64,000 nucleotides of DNA, from NCBI GenBank assembly GCA_036785375.1, contig JAWMAR010001626.1, positions 62,001-126,000 on the forward strand, in the 5' to 3' direction. Below the pieces are notes generated by a model, which was not told where the DNA came from, searched no databases, and saw only the letters and a list, made by a program, of their open reading frames with translations. Each line of letters begins with the position of its first letter. Position 1 is the stretch's first letter. Origin of the DNA: Leucoraja ocellata (taxonomy: Eukaryota). The position numbers and the translations under genes are program-made. Positions 61,581-64,000 of this stretch are shown one piece after another.

Positions 61581-63761
61581 TCATACACGTCCGTTTTATT
61601 GTTCTGTTAGTATAGTCTGGTCTGCAGTTCCTTGTACCATTATCTTATTCTAATTGCTGACTACAAATACTAAGTTGCTTCATCTGTACTTGCCCCATCA
61701 GTGATGTCCCCTTTGTTCCACCAATCCACCCCAACCCCTCTCTACAACTGAAAAATAACTTGTTTTTGCTCTTTTATATTCTGGTGAAGGATCTCTGATC
61801 CGAGACTGTTTATTTCCACAGAACTGCTGTCTAACCTGCTGATTTAAAAAAAAAATATTCTATTTATATTTCAGATTTTCAGCATCTGCGATTCTTTGCT
61901 TTACACATTTATTTTTTGTGACCTGCCAACAATGGATCAAAGGAAATCAGATGCTTGATGTCATAATCTACTGGGATTCAAGTAATTAGTAAGTGTTTCA
62001 ATGGGAAAGTTCTACCTACCCGGAATAGACTCCATTTATGTTTCGTTTAGAGATACAGCGCGGAAACAGGCCCTCTGTCCCACCGAGTCCATGCCGATCA
62101 GCGATCCCCGCACGCTACCACTATCCTATACACTCGAGGGACAAATTACACTTATACCAAACCAATTATTATTCAAATCTTTACGTCTTTGGACTGTGGG
62201 GGGAAACTGAAGATCTTGGAGAAAACCCACGCAGATATTAAGTGATTGGAGCAGAATTAGGCCATTCGGCCCATCAAGTCTACTCTGCCATTTAATCATG
62301 GCTGATTGCTCCCTCCCAACCCCATTCTCCTGCGTTCTCCCCATAACCCCAAAATGTCCATTGGCGTGGCCTGCATTGCCTTCTGTGGCAAATAATTCCA
62401 CAGAATCACCACCCTCCGAGCTGAAACATTACCATTACCTCTCTCCAGAGATGCTGCATGTCCCGCTGAGTTACTCCAGCATTTTGTGTCTATCTTCGGG
62501 AAGAATACTGATTTATCTAACTTCAAGTAACGCTTTCATCCCCTCTCTCTCCCTCCTTTCCCTACCCATGTAATTGAACAAGTTTCAAAGTCGTCTTGTT
62601 GTGTCTCATTGTCTGTAACTCGTTTTCACCAAGCCCTCAGCTAACAATGTCCTATTTCCTTTATCATCGTTACAGTTTTTCACATTTCTTTCGTTCATTT
62701 ATTCTATATCTCTATATATTCAATTTCCCTCCTGGGATAAATAAAGTTCTACTGTATCGTATCATACACCCATCTGTATCGCTCGTGCCAATTTCCTGAC
62801 TCGACTCCAAACGTCACCTATTCCTTTTCTCCAGAGATGCTGTCTGACCCGCTGAGTTACTCCAGCTTTTTGTGTCTATCTTCGGTTTAAACCAGCATCT
62901 GCAGTTCCTTCCTACAAACAACATGTGTTAATTGGGTGTACGGGGAGATTGTGCTGAAACTGTGATGTTTAAAACTTGCAGACTGTGGAAGTCAGAGCAC
63001 CAGTTGTGACTTTGAGGCGTGGTGTTGTGTTGGAAGCACACATATGGCCTGGGACAGAACACTTGCATTAGATGCATAAAGAAGTTGCTATGGAGACGGT
63101 GCAGGACATTCCCCCCCCGGCTACGGCAGGGTTCCCTTCCTGGGAACCGTTCCCAAACGGAACATGCGACCGTGAACAGACTTCCCACACGGCAGAAGAT
63201 GCCTGACGCCCAGCAGCAGCCGGTAAATCCATCCCACATCTCCCAGACACTCGCTCATGTGTACGGGCTGTACTTTAATGTGTCCGTAAGCTGGGGATGA
63301 CCTACACCTCGGGGCCTGGACAACCATTAAGGAGAATACAACAAAGAAATAATGACAGAAAATGCTTGAAATACTCATCCAGTCGGGCAGCATCTTGTGG
63401 AGAAAGAAACAGTTCATGTTTCACGCTCATGTAGAAACAGACCCTTCGACCCAACTTGTCCATGCTGACCAAGATGCCTCCTCTAAGCTGATCCTAATTG
63501 CCCATATTTCACCCATAGCCCTCTGACCTTTCTTATCCATGTACAAATGTCTTCGGAAAAATGTATTTTCAGATCAATGACCTTCATCAGAACTGGCTGC
63601 AGTTACATGATGTGGCCAGTTCTGATACAAACTGCGAAGGCTGGTTATCTGAAATTGCCCATATTGATGACGACCTCAAGGATTGCACCACACCCAGACG
63701 TGGTGCTGCTCCACAAGATTTTGTCGACTTCGTTGGAACAATGAGAATGGTTACATTTGGG

Positions 63762-64000
63762 GGCGGCAAGATGGCGCAGCGGTAGAGTTGCTGCCTTACA
63801 GCGCCAGAGACCCGGTTTGATCATGACTACAGGTTCTATCTGTACGGAGCTTGTACGTTCTCCCCGTGACCTGCATGGATTTTCTCCGAGGTCTTTGGTT
63901 TCCTCCCACACACCAAAGACGTACAGGTTTACTGTAAATTGTCCCTAGTGTGTGTAGGATAGTGTTAATGTGCGGGAATTATTGGTCGCAGCGGACTCGA
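63762..64000 (+). mobile_element. HE1/V-SINE-like SINE (runs off the window)
   Basis: GGCGCAGCGGTAGAGTTGCTGCC head and conserved core. Confidence 0.85.

Overview
Eukaryotic, repeat-dense genomic DNA, most likely from a cartilaginous fish (skate or ray). This is inferred from abundant HE1/V-SINE-like tRNA SINEs, HER1/CR1-type LINE 3' ends and Penelope-like fragments. Most ORFs in the supplied track are TE debris or low-complexity noise. The main structure is an old, diverged giant inverted duplication: left arm <=1..17138, right arm 17550..>=36600, with a ~410-bp spacer. It carries two convergent Siglec-family (CD33/MAG/sialoadhesin-like) paralogs with complementary losses. The + copy (5' end outside the window) keeps the TM exon and ITIM-bearing tail but has lost the intact third C2 exon. 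The - copy keeps the leader, a V-set domain with the sialic-acid-binding Arg, and two intact C2 exons. Its TM exon has been replaced by a CR1 copy, so splicing predicts a ~326-aa secreted Siglec. The spacer holds a 188-bp hairpin and a truncated signal-peptide+CxxCD ORF resembling IZUMO-family exon 1. The right third contains a Rex1/Babar LINE, a decayed ~9.1-kb hAT transposon with nested CR1 and HERO-like retrotransposons, an orphan PRDM9/SSX-type KRAB exon, and a CpG-island, probably bidirectional, promoter. All calls were made by eye without database searches.
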